Shown one piece after another: positions 35,896 through 48,045 of a DNA stretch of 64,000 nt; the stretch's first letter is position 1, and every line of letters starts with the position of its first letter. The stretch spans positions 1,302,001 through 1,366,000 of the forward strand of contig AP026128.1 in the NCBI GenBank assembly GCA_030295235.1. Direction: 5' to 3'. The notes beneath the pieces were generated by a model. It was not told the DNA's origin. It ran no database searches and was given only the letters and a program-made list of their open reading frames with translations. This DNA comes from Fistulifera solaris. Taxonomy: Eukaryota. A program made the position numbers and the translations under genes.

Positions 35896-36547
35896 ATGCT
35901 GTCGACGCGCGTGTTGCTTCCTACAATACTACGATCGACGACTCGTTTACAACCTCGGTCCTGGCAAGTTCCCCACAATGCTAATACGTTTGCTTCATCT
36001 TCCGCTCCTTCTTTCTCGTCATTCTCACCACTCGGTTGGTGGCAGAATCGACAAGAGAACAAAGAAGCGGAAAAATACAAACAACGCGTATTACAAATGA
36101 GCCAACAAGAGACTTGGACGTTGCAAGATTTGCATGCCGAAGTACAAGAAGCCGCCAATAGTTGGCTTGCGAAAATGTCACAAACGAAAGAAGCAGAAAT
36201 GGCGCAACAAATGAATCAAACACTCATTGGATTGATGCAAGTTGTGGGAACAGATGCGGATTTAGAGCGTTTGGAAGGCATCACGCGAGCGGAGAAATTA
36301 AAAGCAGCGGTAGCAGCCAAAGTCACCGTCGAAGATATTGCGACGGTCATTGAACAATTCAGTTCCATGACACTTATGCACAAAGTCTTACGACATCGAC
36401 ATTTGGAAGGAAAACCAATTCCTACGTCGGCGGAAGCGATGCAAACGGTCTTACAGGCCGAAGGACCCAATTTTTGACCAAGCAGCAAAGAGTAAATTGC
36501 AACGCAAACAAGTGCAGCGCATGAAAAAGGCTATTCGTGGGCGTTAA
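35896..36547 (+). CDS. Putative mitochondrial protein with an SRP54/Ffh M-domain-like region (frameshifts ~36471 and ~36487)
   Basis: R/S/L-rich presequence MLSTRVLLPTILRSTTR. WTLQDL..EVQ and TRAEKLKAAVAAKVTVEDIATVIEQFSSM resemble M-domain helices. Confidence 0.55.
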
Positions 36548-36673
36548 ACTTAAAGTCTCACTCAATAAACGTTCGAGCTTATTCGAATACGTATAAAGTC
36601 TAATTCATTATTGCAAGATTACGAATGCTACTCCCATAGCCCTACACATCCTTTCGCCACTTTCCTCGCTCAT

Positions 36674-37524
36674 TTAAGTTCCCTTGGTAGGGAGAGTGAA
36701 GCGTCCGCCACTCTTCTTCGACTTGAAGTAATAATAGAAAAAGTCAACGTACAATAAGGTCTGCAATACACCGCAAATGTAGACCACCCAATGATGCTGA
36801 TAATGCGCTTCAAAATTGGCTCGATAGATCCAATTGAGAATGTACAAGAATCGGTAAGCACCCATGAAGAAAATGTAATTTCCCGTCAAGTTTTCTACTT
36901 CGCGATAACGCTGCAATACAATCAACTGCGGCAAAATGGCAATACTCTCCAAATAAATGGAAAACGTCCATAACAGTTCGATGAAGGAAAATCCGGAGAT
37001 TCCCGACCCAATCAAATGAGTCGCCGACGCCAAAACCGCACACGGAGCGACCGCAAACTGCCAATACAAGAACGAATCTTGCGATTTGTCGTACGTCGAT
37101 TTGATGGGTTCCTGAAATTTGATGGTGTAAATGATGGAAGCTGTACTGGCAATGTAAAGGATCTTCATGATCGAATTGTACAAGCTGTAAAAGGTAGTAA
37201 AGAGATCCAAGTACCGCGTCAAGAAGACGATCAAGAAGAGTTCGTGCGTGCGCACCGAAATGCCTGAATGAAGAAGAAGCACAAACGACAAAAAGGGGAA
37301 ATGTGAGACATACGAGATGTGTATCGCCATTAACGAAACACAAACATATCTTTGAAAATTGATGTTGCTGTTGAACTCTCTCCTTCTCTTTTCTCTTTTA
37401 TGACTAAAACCACACATGACTGCATACCTTGCGCATTCTTGGCGACGCGAAGTCGCAACAACAAGACCAGAATGCTAAAGACATGTGACATGTCTCCAGC
37501 GAGACGAAAAATGTTCATGCTCAT
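36674..37524 (-). CDS. ERD2: ER lumen protein-retaining (KDEL/HDEL) receptor (intron 37264-37427)
   Basis: MNIFRLAGDMSH...Q|GISVRTHELFLIVFLTRYLDLF, WTFSIYLESIAILPQL, YRFLYILNWIYR. Confidence 0.95.
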
Positions 37525-38026
37525 TCTGCAAATAAGATTTCTTTGACAATGAAAGCTCTCTTTCTCCCTCTTTTATTCCCCACAACAAAGAGCTGCGAAA
37601 ATGACAGTCCTTTGCCTTTTGCTTTCGCAACCAAAAGCAAACAAGTCTATTGTTTTGTCGCTCGTCGTTTTGTCATTCTCCGCAACGCGCGCAAAATCGC
37701 TACGCCGATGATCCTCTGCGGCTTTTACGAATGACCGTTGGCTGCGTGTCCAGCTCACATTTATTATTATAGTAAAAACCTGACAGTGCACGAAAAAGAA
37801 GTCGCGTGCAGTGAGGTAATCGTCTGACCGTACTTCCGTCACATTCATCGCCAAGAAAAACGTGACCTCGCCTCAACTCGTCGCATCTGCATCGCGAAGA
37901 GAGCATTTTTCATTTTCTTGCAAAAGTGAAGACTAGACCTACCCTTATCTTGATTTCTATTCCGTACGCGCCGTTATCTAGATATTATTCACGTCTCTAT
38001 CGATTATTCGTTCGAATTTGCGGAAA

Positions 38027-38892
38027 ATGAGCAGCACCGAAACAGTAGCAGAAAACAGAATATACAACGATGCTATTGACAAAGAAGAAATCATAGACGA
38101 CTGGCAGTTGGATATGAATTTTCACGTCTTCTCGAAACATACACGGCAAACAATATCGGCACAGGATACTTTGGTACATCTGGAGTGTGTGGAGCAGCTA
38201 ACTCCTGTGGATATGATGAATTTGGCCAATGGAGAACACGATGCCACCGGTCATTGTGTCTGGATGGGGGCCTTCCTTTTACTCGATGCACTCGGTGTGC
38301 TATTACAAGAGTGCTTTACTGGAAAAAGAATATTAGAACTGGGTTGTGGCACTGGGATTGGTGGTATTGGTTTAATGTGTGCTCACGAAAAGAACGACGA
38401 CCGAGCTATGTCTTGTTGACCGACGCAGATCCAGACGCGTTACAAGTATGCCAACGCAACTGTCAGCAACACAATCAGCTTTCAGAAAACAAATACGATA
38501 TAAAAGAGTTAACGTGGGGAGAGCCGTTGTCGCCCGAGAATTTGAATGCATCGTTTGATACTACTTTGGCGACGGATGTATTGTACGACATTGCGTTACT
38601 ACCACCTCTGTTTCAAACCGCGCATTCGGCCCTGAAAGCAAATGGTCTTTTTGTTTTGTCACATGTACCCCGAGCTTGTTATAGTTCCCAGCATCCGCCA
38701 GTCGATGATTTGGATCAGTATATTATCGATCAGGCAACACACAATGGCTTTCTGTTGCATCGGCACATCTTTCCCAATCAACTTCCGAGGGAGTTCCGCA
38801 CGAAAGAGTCCTTGAATGAATCGGTTTCATTAACTGATATGCAAGAAGTGGGTGCTTCCCTTTTTGTCTTTCGTAAAGCACCGGAGAAATAA
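38027..38892 (+). CDS. Family-16 (METTL21/22-like) SAM-dependent lysine methyltransferase (frameshift ~38388-38391)
   Basis: DATGHCVWMGA, ILELGCGTGIGG, VLLTDAD, ELTWG, ATDVLYD. Confidence 0.85.
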
Positions 38893-39263
38893 GTAGGAGT
38901 ATAAAGGATGGAAGCAATGGTTTGTTATCGATTATCGTTCATTGAATAGAGGTCGGGTTTTGTTTTGAAACGGACACAACGGACTAGAAAGTGTCACAGC
39001 GCCAAACCAATGCTAAGAAAGTTTTGTCCTATACATGACGATGCACAAAACAGTAGATTTTCCTAAAAATCCTAAATATTTATTCCTAATTTTCCTGAAA
39101 TTACTTTTTGAGAGCATAAACAAACAACAAAAAACGCGACGAAAAAGCGTCGCACGAAGAGACAACTCTTTTGTTATCATCATTCATCCTCTATTCCAAT
39201 CATTTAATCTACTTTCGTCTGATCGTATTATTTCAAAACCTCAATTCAACTGTTCTCCACACA

Positions 39264-39656
39264 ATGAAGCGCTCGAATACGCCCAATTCATCGAATAAAG
39301 GCAATAATAACAACAGACCGTCGCATTACTCGTCATATCAACAAGGCACTTATTATGCCGCCGAGCAAACAAAGACACTGGAAGATTCTCACAAAGCATT
39401 TCATGAAGCCGATCAAACCGCCGCTGCTGTGTTGCAGCAAATGACGAATCAACGAAGTCAACTAAAAGATGCACACGAGAACGTATGGGATATGCGAATA
39501 GCAACGGAACAGGCCAAACGTGAATTGCAAGAGTTACAAGTCAAATATCGACAAAAGAAACATCGATTGTATACGATGATTGGCATTTTGGCGTTCACAG
39601 ATATCGTACTGTTTCTACGGCTTGTTCATTGTCACGGAAATTTCTATTGTTTATAA
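39264..39656 (+). CDS. Small tail-anchored SNARE-like protein
   Basis: Coiled coil with central NQRSQL, a basic stretch, and a C-terminal TM helix. Confidence 0.55.
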   Translation: MKRSNTPNSSNKGNNNNRPSHYSSYQQGTYYAAEQTKTLEDSHKAFHEADQTAAAVLQQMTNQRSQLKDAHENVWDMRIATEQAKRELQELQVKYRQKKHRLYTMIGILAFTDIVLFLRLVHCHGNFYCL

Positions 39657-39723
39657 AGAAAAATGAGTGATAAATGCGTCACATCAATAATTTTAGTTAG
39701 TGCCTATTAACTGCCGTTGTTCA

Positions 39724-40918
39724 CTAAAAGAACCTATGCATGGGCACATAAATCGCCAAACTCAATAGCATCGCTCCTCCCAAACTGATCACAGCATACA
39801 GCCAATTCGAGGGAGGATCATGACAATGAATTTCTTTGATCCACGTTGACACTGTCGATAAGCTCCCGAGAAAGCCAGTCGTCCATGGAGACATATCTAT
39901 ACTCTGTATCTCCAGTCCTGTTATTACCGCTAAGAGCATGCATGCTGTCCAGTTGGCTATCAATGTACCACGCATCGGTGTCTCGGCTGTATTGTAGTGA
40001 ATTGACAAGAAGTATCTTGTTAGAGCACCGCCTGGAGCTGTCCATGCCAATGGAGCCAAAGTAGTAATAAATGCCGCACTATTCGTTGTGGTGAAGGTCA
40101 ACGAGAACAGCAGGAGTCCGCACGCCAATAGAGTAGGCGGGATGAGCCATATTTCACGAGGAAACGTGGTTTGCTTCCGGCTCGCATTCGTGTCACTGCT
40201 GTTGCGATGCGTACTACTGTGATCGTCGTTTTGTTCGTTACTGCCATCGCTCAATCTTACAAGGGTCGAAAGAGCTGTCCCCAAGACGAAACTGCCATAA
40301 GCTCCAAACGTTCCGAGAATATAGCCAACTATTGCCATGGCAATGTCTCCTTCTTCCAACATTGTCACCATTTGCATATTCCACGACGAGACTATTGCCA
40401 GAGAAATGTAAGATAAGTGTGATACGATGGATAAAGAGAAGCACCCTTGAATACGTACAAGTCGTGAGAGATCCACAAAATCCGACTTGCCAGGCTTGGC
40501 AATAAGGAACTGTATCATGATTCTGATGCAATAAAACACCCATTAAAAAGCTTCCGAATAGATTTGCCGGCAAATCCACAAACAACGCGGACTGCGAAGA
40601 CGTGACACAAGCGGTAGATTGTTGATGCGATACCGCAGGGGAATTGTCGCATTGCAGGTAGTAGGCTAAAGAAGCACGAGTGGACGCACCCAAAAAGGCA
40701 CAAATGGAAATAGCGTACAATAACCAGAACGTCGTGTAATAGGACGAAGGAGAAGAAGTCGTTTCTTCTGGAACATTCTCAATTGTGTCGTCTTCAGAAA
40801 CTGACGGCTGCATCATATTCTCATTAACATTCTCGTGCAGCTCATCCTGATGATAAAGATGAGGATTTGTTTCTTGACGTTCGTGAACGGATGACGGGCT
40901 TTGATCTATGTTCAACAT
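39724..40918 (-). CDS. FEX: Fluoride exporter FEX (two CrcB/Fluc domains; intron 40392-40458)
   Basis: DLPANLFGSFLMG, GFCGSLTT|FSSW, GGALTRYFL, GTLIANW, TGFLGSLSTVSTW. Confidence 0.88.
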
Positions 40919-41018
40919 CCAATGCGCTTCACCTGCCCCGTAAATCACATGAGCTACATGTAAAGCTACGAGAACAATGGTGTTGTGATCGAAAAGAACC
41001 GATTGCAAAAATTTTTTC

Positions 41019-41970
41019 TTCTGGAATCATCGCTGTTTTGTGTCTTACAGAGATTCTGTGCAAGTTTTGGAAAATAATTCTGGAATCTGTTTTGGGTCAT
41101 ACAGAGATTCTGAGGAAGTTCCAGAAATTCTGGAATCGCTGTTGTGTATCATACAGATATTCTGTGAACCTCCAGAGATACTGAAATCCCTGTTTTGTGT
41201 TTTGTGTCATGCAGAGATTCTTGTGGACGTTCCAGAAATTCTGGAATCGCTGTTTTGTGTCATACCATTTCGCGGTCGGGTCATACAGAGATTCTGTGGA
41301 CGTTCCAGAAGTTCTGGAATAATCGCTGTTTTGTGTCATGCAGTGATTCTGTGGATGATCCAAAAATTCTGGAATCGGTGTTTTGGGTAAGACAGAGATT
41401 CTTTGAACGTTCCTGAAATTCTGGAATCGCTGTTTTGTGTCATACAGCATTTTTGCGGTCGTTCCAGAAATTCTGGAATCGCTGGGTTGCGTCATGCAAA
41501 GATTCTGTGAACTTCCAGAAATTCTGGAATAATCGCTGTTTTGTGTCATGCAGTGATTTCTGTGGATGATCCAAAAATTCTGGAATCGGTGATTTGGGTA
41601 AAACAGAGATTCTTTGAACGTTCATGAAATTCTGGAATCGCTGTTTTGTGTCATACAGCATTTTGCGGTCGTTCCAGAAATTCTGGAATCGCTGGGTTGC
41701 GTCATGCAAAGATTCTGTGAACTTGCAGAAATTCTGGAATCGGTGGTTTGGGTCATTCGAGATTATACAGAATATCTGTTAGATCAAAATCATCGCCTCC
41801 GGAAATTGAGGAATGTAGGAAGAATTTCTGTAAGCAAATAATTACCTGTTCCAGAATTTCTGGAACATACACAGATTTTCTGTAAGATCAAACTCATTCT
41901 TCCAGAATTTCTGGAACTAAGACAGAATCCCTGTAAGATTATTATCACTGTCTCCAGAACTCCTGGAGCG
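41019..41970. repeat. ~52-bp minisatellite array (14 units) followed by three more palindrome-cored units
   Basis: Consensus CCAGAAATTCTGGAATCGCTGTTTTGTGTCATACAGAGATTCTGTGGACGTT. The 210-bp block 41312-41521 recurs at 41522-41731. Confidence 0.93.
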
Positions 41971-42367
41971 TAAAAATGATTATTTCTGAAGGAACATAGA
42001 GGCCGCTAATCTACATCCTGTAGTGAATGTGGGGCAAAAAGCGTGATTGCATATTATAACCTTACCCTTACTCCGTACAGCGTGCGTTGTGTCTACTACC
42101 AGTATTGTGCTCGTGACTCGCGAGCTCATGATTGAATTTACGCCGACTGACGCACCGCGCGCTATGCGACGCTTCTTCTTTGTTTCTGTTGATGGTTTTG
42201 GGAGGAGGCGAGAATGATTCATTCGTCATCAAACAATAGACTAGCCCAAGTCTACATTTCAGTACTTACCTTTCAACTAGCTCTATCGCTGTTCCGAGAT
42301 AGCGGCGAGACAAAAAGTAAAGGAAGAAGAAGCGACGGAAGAATTCACTCGACGGCCTCTCATTCAC

Positions 42368-43978
42368 ATGTTGCTGCTGCCATCGCGTGTCGTTTTTCCA
42401 ATGGGAATTATCTTCTTGGGGACGATGCATCGCTTGATACGCACCGCTGTTTCTTTCTCGGTTCCTCCTGTTTCGAGTAGTCGAAGACTGGTGACTACGA
42501 CATCTACAACACGCCTCTTTTCGACCACTCCGGGAACCTCCACTTTAGCTTCATTTGCGCCCCGTATCAAAACAGTAGATGCTAAAGAACCCACTGATTC
42601 AGACATCACTATCAAAGGATGGGTGAGAACTATTCGCAAACAAAAGACGCTCGCCTTTGCTCAAGTTAATGATGGAAGTAATTTGGGAGGTATACAATGT
42701 GTCTTGAATTTCGACCAATTGGATGAAGCCAGTCAAGCTGCAATCGACCAAGTAACGACTGGATGTGCTGTTCAAATCACCGGTCCACTTGTTCCGTCGC
42801 AAGGTGGTCAGCAAGCTGTCGAAGTCGCCGCCAAAACACTCCGTGTCGTCGGATTGTGTCCGGCCGATACTTATCCACTGGCTAAGAAACGTCATTCCTT
42901 GGAATACTTGCGCAGTATTGCCCATTTGCGGCCCCGTACCAATACTATTGCGGCGGTCGCCCGTGTTCGCTCGCAACTGGCAGCCGCCATTCATTCCTTC
43001 TTTCAATCGCAAAACTTTGTCTATGTGCAGACACCCTTGATTACGGCCAGTGATTGTGAAGGAGCCGGTGAACTCTTTCGTGTGACAACCTTGGATTTGG
43101 AACAAGAATTGCCGCGCTTGAACAATACCGACCGTACCGTAGATTACAGTCAGGATTTTTTCGGCAAACCCGCGTTCTTAACGGTGAGCGGGCAGTTAGG
43201 TGGTGAAACTCACGCTTGTGCGTTAGGTGATATCTATACCTTCGGACCAACGTTCCGGGCTGAGAACAGTCAAACTACCCGCCATTTGGCAGAATTTCAC
43301 ATGGTAGAACCGGAAATGGCCTTTGCGGATTTGCAAACGGCCATGGAGAATGCCGAACAACTGTTGAAGTACACAGTGTCGCATGTGTTGAAGAATTGCC
43401 AGGAAGATTTGACGTTCTTTTCGTCGTTCTATGACAAGGAATTGTTGGATCGATTGCAAAAGTTGGTCGATCAGCCCTTTGCACGTGTTTCGTACCGTGA
43501 AGCGATTGCGTATTTGCAAGAAGAAATTGCCAAGGATCCCTCCAAGTGGCAATACCCGCATGTTGAATTCGGTACGGATCTTGCCACCGAACACGAACGT
43601 TGGTTAGCGGAAACCAAGTTTGAGTCTTGCGTCTTTGTGTACAACTATCCCGCCGCCATAAAAGCGTTTTACATGCGCGCCAACGATGAAGACAATGGTG
43701 AAACAGTGAATGCTATGGACTTGTTGGTTCCCGGCGTCGGCGAGCTGGTGGGTGGCAGTCAACGAGAAGAGCGCTTGGATGTCCTCGAACAGAAGTTGCG
43801 CGACAATAATTTGAACTTGGACGATTATTGGTGGTACTTGGATTTGCGTCGGTACGGAAGTGTCCCTCATGCGGGCTACGGCTTGGGCTTTGAACGGTTG
43901 GTACAGTATGTGACGGGTATTGAGAATATCCGCGAAGCCATAGCTTTTCCGCGGTATCCCGGCAATGCGGAGTTCTAA
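42368..43978 (+). CDS. asnS: Asparaginyl-tRNA synthetase, organellar type
   Basis: OB fold [66 protein letters not shown]-terminal targeting extension. Confidence 0.95.
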   Translation: MLLLPSRVVFPMGIIFLGTMHRLIRTAVSFSVPPVSSSRRLVTTTSTTRLFSTTPGTSTLASFAPRIKTVDAKEPTDSDITIKGWVRTIRKQKTLAFAQVNDGSNLGGIQCVLNFDQLDEASQAAIDQVTTGCAVQITGPLVPSQGGQQAVEVAAKTLRVVGLCPADTYPLAKKRHSLEYLRSIAHLRPRTNTIAAVARVRSQLAAAIHSFFQSQNFVYVQTPLITASDCEGAGELFRVTTLDLEQELPRLNNTDRTVDYSQDFFGKPAFLTVSGQLGGETHACALGDIYTFGPTFRAENSQTTRHLAEFHMVEPEMAFADLQTAMENAEQLLKYTVSHVLKNCQEDLTFFSSFYDKELLDRLQKLVDQPFARVSYREAIAYLQEEIAKDPSKWQYPHVEFGTDLATEHERWLAETKFESCVFVYNYPAAIKAFYMRANDEDNGETVNAMDLLVPGVGELVGGSQREERLDVLEQKLRDNNLNLDDYWWYLDLRRYGSVPHAGYGLGFERLVQYVTGIENIREAIAFPRYPGNAEF

Positions 43979-44428
43979 GAAGGGAACTATGAGTTGAACA
44001 AATCGACTATGAGGAGAACTAGATGTTTTGTTTGTTCTGGCTATTTTTATGCAGGATCTTACGACGATTCACTTTGTCACACCTGGTAGCGTTTAGAATC
44101 GTAGATTGTTTATCCAAAATCTTGCTCCCATATGTTACGAGTATTTTCAATTTTTATATGATAGATCAATCTGCTTTGATCTTGTTTTAAATTACTGGTT
44201 CAAGAGAGCCTAAAAGGCATGAGGGCACAGTATTTCCCAAGACATTCTTCGTTCGAGATCCTCCGGGACTGAAGACGAGGTGAGTCACAGCATGTTGCGC
44301 CTACACGTTATGGCTATAGTGCCACTTAAACAGTAACCTTATTGTATCAATCGGGCTCACATGCGACAAAAAATTAGAAGCATTTTGTTGACGATGAGGA
44401 TTCTCATTTACAAAATCAAATTACAACA

Positions 44429-45265
44429 ATGACTGAGTCTTCTGTTCTTCCTCAAATAGCACCTCCTCTCTCTCTACTAGAACCGTGGACGTTACAGGGA
44501 CGCCATTACGTTGTAACTGGAGGAGCTGCGGGAATCGGTTGGGCTGTTGTGCAAGCTTTACTAGCGCACGGAGCATCGACTGTCTTATTTTGTTCGCGAA
44601 GTCCCGTCGATCTCTCTGAATTGCAAAAGACCTACCCTGATGCAACAATCTATCATGTTGTTGCTGATGTTTCGACGGAAGAAGGACGATTGTTACTTAC
44701 AGAAGCAATTACAAATAAGTTGACTTTTTTACACGGTTTAATCTCGAATGTCGGAACCAATGTTCGGAAATCATTTGAAGCGCAAACAGCGGAAGAATAT
44801 CACACAATGCTTCGCACTAACGTAGATTCGGCTTATTTTCTCTCAAAATCCTTGTCGCCTTTATTCATTTCAGGATCGACAATCGTACACGTTTCCTCAG
44901 CCGCCGGTGTACAAAGTTCCGGAACAGGAATTGCCTACGGACTCAGTAAAGCGGCCTTACACGGATTGACGCGCGGCTTGGCGTGTGAATGGGCACATCG
45001 AGGCATTCGTGTCAACGCGGTCGCTCCTTGGATGACCATGACACCTTTATTAGAAAAAGCCATTGAAGAGAATCCGAATCAACTCGACAAGGTCAAGGAA
45101 TGGACTCCTATGCACCGTCTAGCGGAAGCCAAGGAAGTGGCAGCGCCAGTTGTATTCTTGTGTTTACCGGCGAGTTCTTACATTACAGGACAAATCCTGG
45201 GAGTTGATGGAGGATTGACGGCACAAGGTTTTGCGGGGCCATGTGTTGATAGTACGGGAATCTAA
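44429..45265 (+). CDS. Tropinone reductase-like short-chain dehydrogenase
   Basis: [52 protein letters not shown]. Confidence 0.9.
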   Translation: MTESSVLPQIAPPLSLLEPWTLQGRHYVVTGGAAGIGWAVVQALLAHGASTVLFCSRSPVDLSELQKTYPDATIYHVVADVSTEEGRLLLTEAITNKLTFLHGLISNVGTNVRKSFEAQTAEEYHTMLRTNVDSAYFLSKSLSPLFISGSTIVHVSSAAGVQSSGTGIAYGLSKAALHGLTRGLACEWAHRGIRVNAVAPWMTMTPLLEKAIEENPNQLDKVKEWTPMHRLAEAKEVAAPVVFLCLPASSYITGQILGVDGGLTAQGFAGPCVDSTGI

Positions 45266-45322
45266 AAGGTAAATAATGAGACATCATATGACTCCCTATC
45301 TTTTCAATAGCTTATTGTATTA

Positions 45323-46630
45323 CTAATTTGAGGGTCTCACGTTGACAAATGAATCCTCTACAATTGGATCGGGAACGCAAATGTCACCAACTACTTCCGA
45401 CCCCTCACACCAAGATTGCGATACAGCTTGATCCAACAAACGATGAATAGCCGCATGCAATGCTGTACGTTTCTTTTCATCCAAAGGCCACAACAAAGCT
45501 AAAGCATTCCAAGCCGGTTGTGCATGCAACAATAGATAAGTGTTTTCGGGATTTTGTTGATAGGAATAAAATCCCAAAGTGACCGATGTCGCCAAACGAC
45601 AAGCAATCAATAAAGGTATGGCTCGTCGTTCGGCTTCTGACAATTGCGTGACGCTATGATATCCACGCAAGACAGCGGCCGCCGCCGAAAAACCTCGTTG
45701 CGATTTTCCGTACGAGGATAACATGGCATACGCCATGCATATGGCGACATCTGCGGCGCGCCAAGTTTCGACGGCATCACCATAATCAATTACACCCGTG
45801 ACGCGACATTGCTCATCACAGAGAATATTCGCATCATTCAAGTCATTGTGACACACTCCAACGGGCAACGTTTGTTGGAAATCCGGTAATTGAGCTGAAA
45901 ATACATCCAGAATCGACAAAATTCGAGCTTGTTTGTCGTCGGCTGTGGGCAGATACTGTATCACAAAGGGATGAATATCCAGAACATGCCGAAGATTCCA
46001 GATGTGATAGCGTTGCGCTGCCTTTTTCCATGGAGCATCCTTCTCGGCATGTTGTTGAGGAAACGCGACATCGAATGCTCGATGCAAATGTCCTAAATAA
46101 GAACCCGTGAGAAGGAGTGTTTCGACGGGCAAGAAGAGAATTGTCGACATGGGTCGTCCCGGAACCCACGATAAGAGACGACAACACAGCATCTGGGGCG
46201 AATGTTGCTCCGAAACGACGGACAAGGAAGCGGAGATAACTGTTGGTGTAGAATTGTTGGGATTTTCAAGTAAGTTTTTGGCCCTTTCGACCGGTAGATT
46301 GGAGGTAATATGAGGCTCCGGACGCAAAGCTTCCATAAGAGCATTCTGAAAGGCAATACAAGACGTTTCGGCATCTTGGAGGAATTGTTTTGATTCAACA
46401 CCATTGTGTATCTTGAATAGATAGAGCGTATCATCCAGTTGCACTTTATAATTCGCATCATCGTACGAGTCAAGCTGTTGTAGGACTCGGTATGTTTGGG
46501 CCGTGAAGTGCTGTCGAAGAAGCTCTTCTACTGCTTCCAGAGAAACTGACGGTACAAGAAGCTTTCGCCATTCTTCTTCAGTTCGTTCTGCGTCGCTTTT
46601 CCTGTTGTTATCACCGGAATTGGGGGACAT
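45323..46630 (-). CDS. HYKK: Hydroxylysine kinase-like (APH/choline kinase family) protein
   Basis: QLDSYDDANY, CRLLSWVPG, HNDLNDANIL, GVIDYGD, PENTYLLLH. Confidence 0.8.
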   Translation of the reverse strand: MSPNSGDNNRKSDAERTEEEWRKLLVPSVSLEAVEELLRQHFTAQTYRVLQQLDSYDDANYKVQLDDTLYLFKIHNGVESKQFLQDAETSCIAFQNALMEALRPEPHITSNLPVERAKNLLENPNNSTPTVISASLSVVSEQHSPQMLCCRLLSWVPGRPMSTILFLPVETLLLTGSYLGHLHRAFDVAFPQQHAEKDAPWKKAAQRYHIWNLRHVLDIHPFVIQYLPTADDKQARILSILDVFSAQLPDFQQTLPVGVCHNDLNDANILCDEQCRVTGVIDYGDAVETWRAADVAICMAYAMLSSYGKSQRGFSAAAAVLRGYHSVTQLSEAERRAIPLLIACRLATSVTLGFYSYQQNPENTYLLLHAQPAWNALALLWPLDEKKRTALHAAIHRLLDQAVSQSWCEGSEVVGDICVPDPIVEDSFVNVRPSN

Positions 46631-46829
46631 TTTCTATCTTGTAGCTTCAATTCAGAAAAATATGCAGATCGTTACGTGATAAGTAACAAAAATCTTGAAT
46701 TCGTTGAGCGAGCGTTCTATTTGGATGTGATATTTGTAAGCGATTGAATCATCATTGATTGAAGATTGATGATGCAACAACAGGCTTTGTAGATAACAAA
46801 AGTGCTGCAAAAATGAAAATGCGACGATT

Positions 46830-46930
46830 TTTTGACGTCTCCAGAAAATGTGGGAGTGTGATGTTTCCTCGTCCCCAGAAAATGTGGGCGCGTCATATTA
46901 TCACGCCTCCAGAAAATGTGGAAGCGTGGT
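46830..46930 (-). repeat. 34-bp array (3 units), same family as 12285-12500, reverse orientation
   Basis: CCAGAAAATGTGG at 46841, 46875 and 46909. Confidence 0.85.
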
Positions 46931-47169
46931 AATAAAAAAAGTACGGAGTTAGTCTTTACATTGGCTTACGCAGTGCTACAGTGCAAACTTGGTAAGGAAA
47001 ATATTTCATTTGAATTTTCGGCGTGCATTTGAAATGCTGCCTCAACACTTTGATTATGAATTATAATAGTTAGTTGAAGTTTAAGCAAGCTAACTGAGCG
47101 AACGAATTTAGATAAAAATCTGGCTCGGTACAGTAATACTACAGCTGGTGTCCGACCGTCTCAACACCA

Positions 47170-47596
47170 AGTAGCCCTCGTAGAACATGTACCAGAAAAT
47201 TTCTCCCGTGTAATTTTACGTACAAAATGCCCATTTTTCATACCCTTTTTCTATTTCACCAGTAACTCGTATGAATAATATTTTTATATAGATAAATTCA
47301 GAATTTTACAAGGAACAACAAAATAGGGGGATGTCCACGAGATTGGCATTACCTGTGAAATGACAGGAATCCAAGTTTCAACCTCTGTAGCTCCGGAAGT
47401 AATGCCAATCTCGTGGACATCCCCCTACTTTGTTGCTCCTTGTAAAATTGTGAATTTATCTGTATAAAATGATTATTCATACGAACTATTGGTGAAATGA
47501 ATAAAGGGTCTGAAAAATGGGCATTTTGTACGGAGTACGTAAATTTACACGGCAGAAATTTTCTGGTACCGGGTACATGTTCTACGAGGGCCTACT
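47170..47596. mobile_element. Foldback/MITE-like element with ~180-bp imperfect inverted arms
   Basis: Arm 47170-47352 (GCCCTCGTAGAACATGTACC...GGGGGATGTCCACGAGATTGGCATTAC) pairs with 47399-47596 around a ~46-bp spacer. Confidence 0.88.
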
Positions 47597-48045
47597 TTGT
47601 TTTATAGGAAACACGGACAAATTCTTATAAAAATGATCCGCAACAATAAGATCATGGAGTCCTGCGTTGAAGTCCAGAACGAATCTACATGCCTCCATTG
47701 AATTGATTTACAAATCAGCTGCAGGGCTTGGTACAGTAACTTTTTAAAAAAAAGTTAAAGGACCTTTCAGACTGGTAGAGCCAACGGAAAATAGGAATCA
47801 TTCAAAATCTGCGATCCTTTATATTTTCTGTTGTCTATAGAATTGTAGCTGCTGCTTCACATCTTGCGATGATTAGTCAGCTATATGAAAGAACGTTGAA
47901 GAGCACACACTTATCACAACAATCCAGTCATTTACACAATCCCTTTTCTTCCGACCATAATTCATTTTGTTCTGATCGACAAAATGGGGAACTTCTTAGC
48001 TTGTCGACATCTACAGAATACAGGCAACTCGATCTCACAAGCTCA

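Noticed and set aside
41119..41740. Heat-shock element array (TTCnnGAA)
   Set aside because: The central GAA-A-TTC has a 1-nt rather than 2-nt spacer, so canonical three-unit HSE phasing is broken.
41019..41760. CRISPR-like array of palindromic repeats
   Set aside because: The intervening sequences are variants of one another rather than unique spacers, the context is eukaryotic, and no cas genes are present.
40867..41841. Repetitive ORFs on both strands (e.g. QRFQNFWN repeats)
   Set aside because: These are translations of the minisatellite, and unit lengths are not consistently multiples of three.
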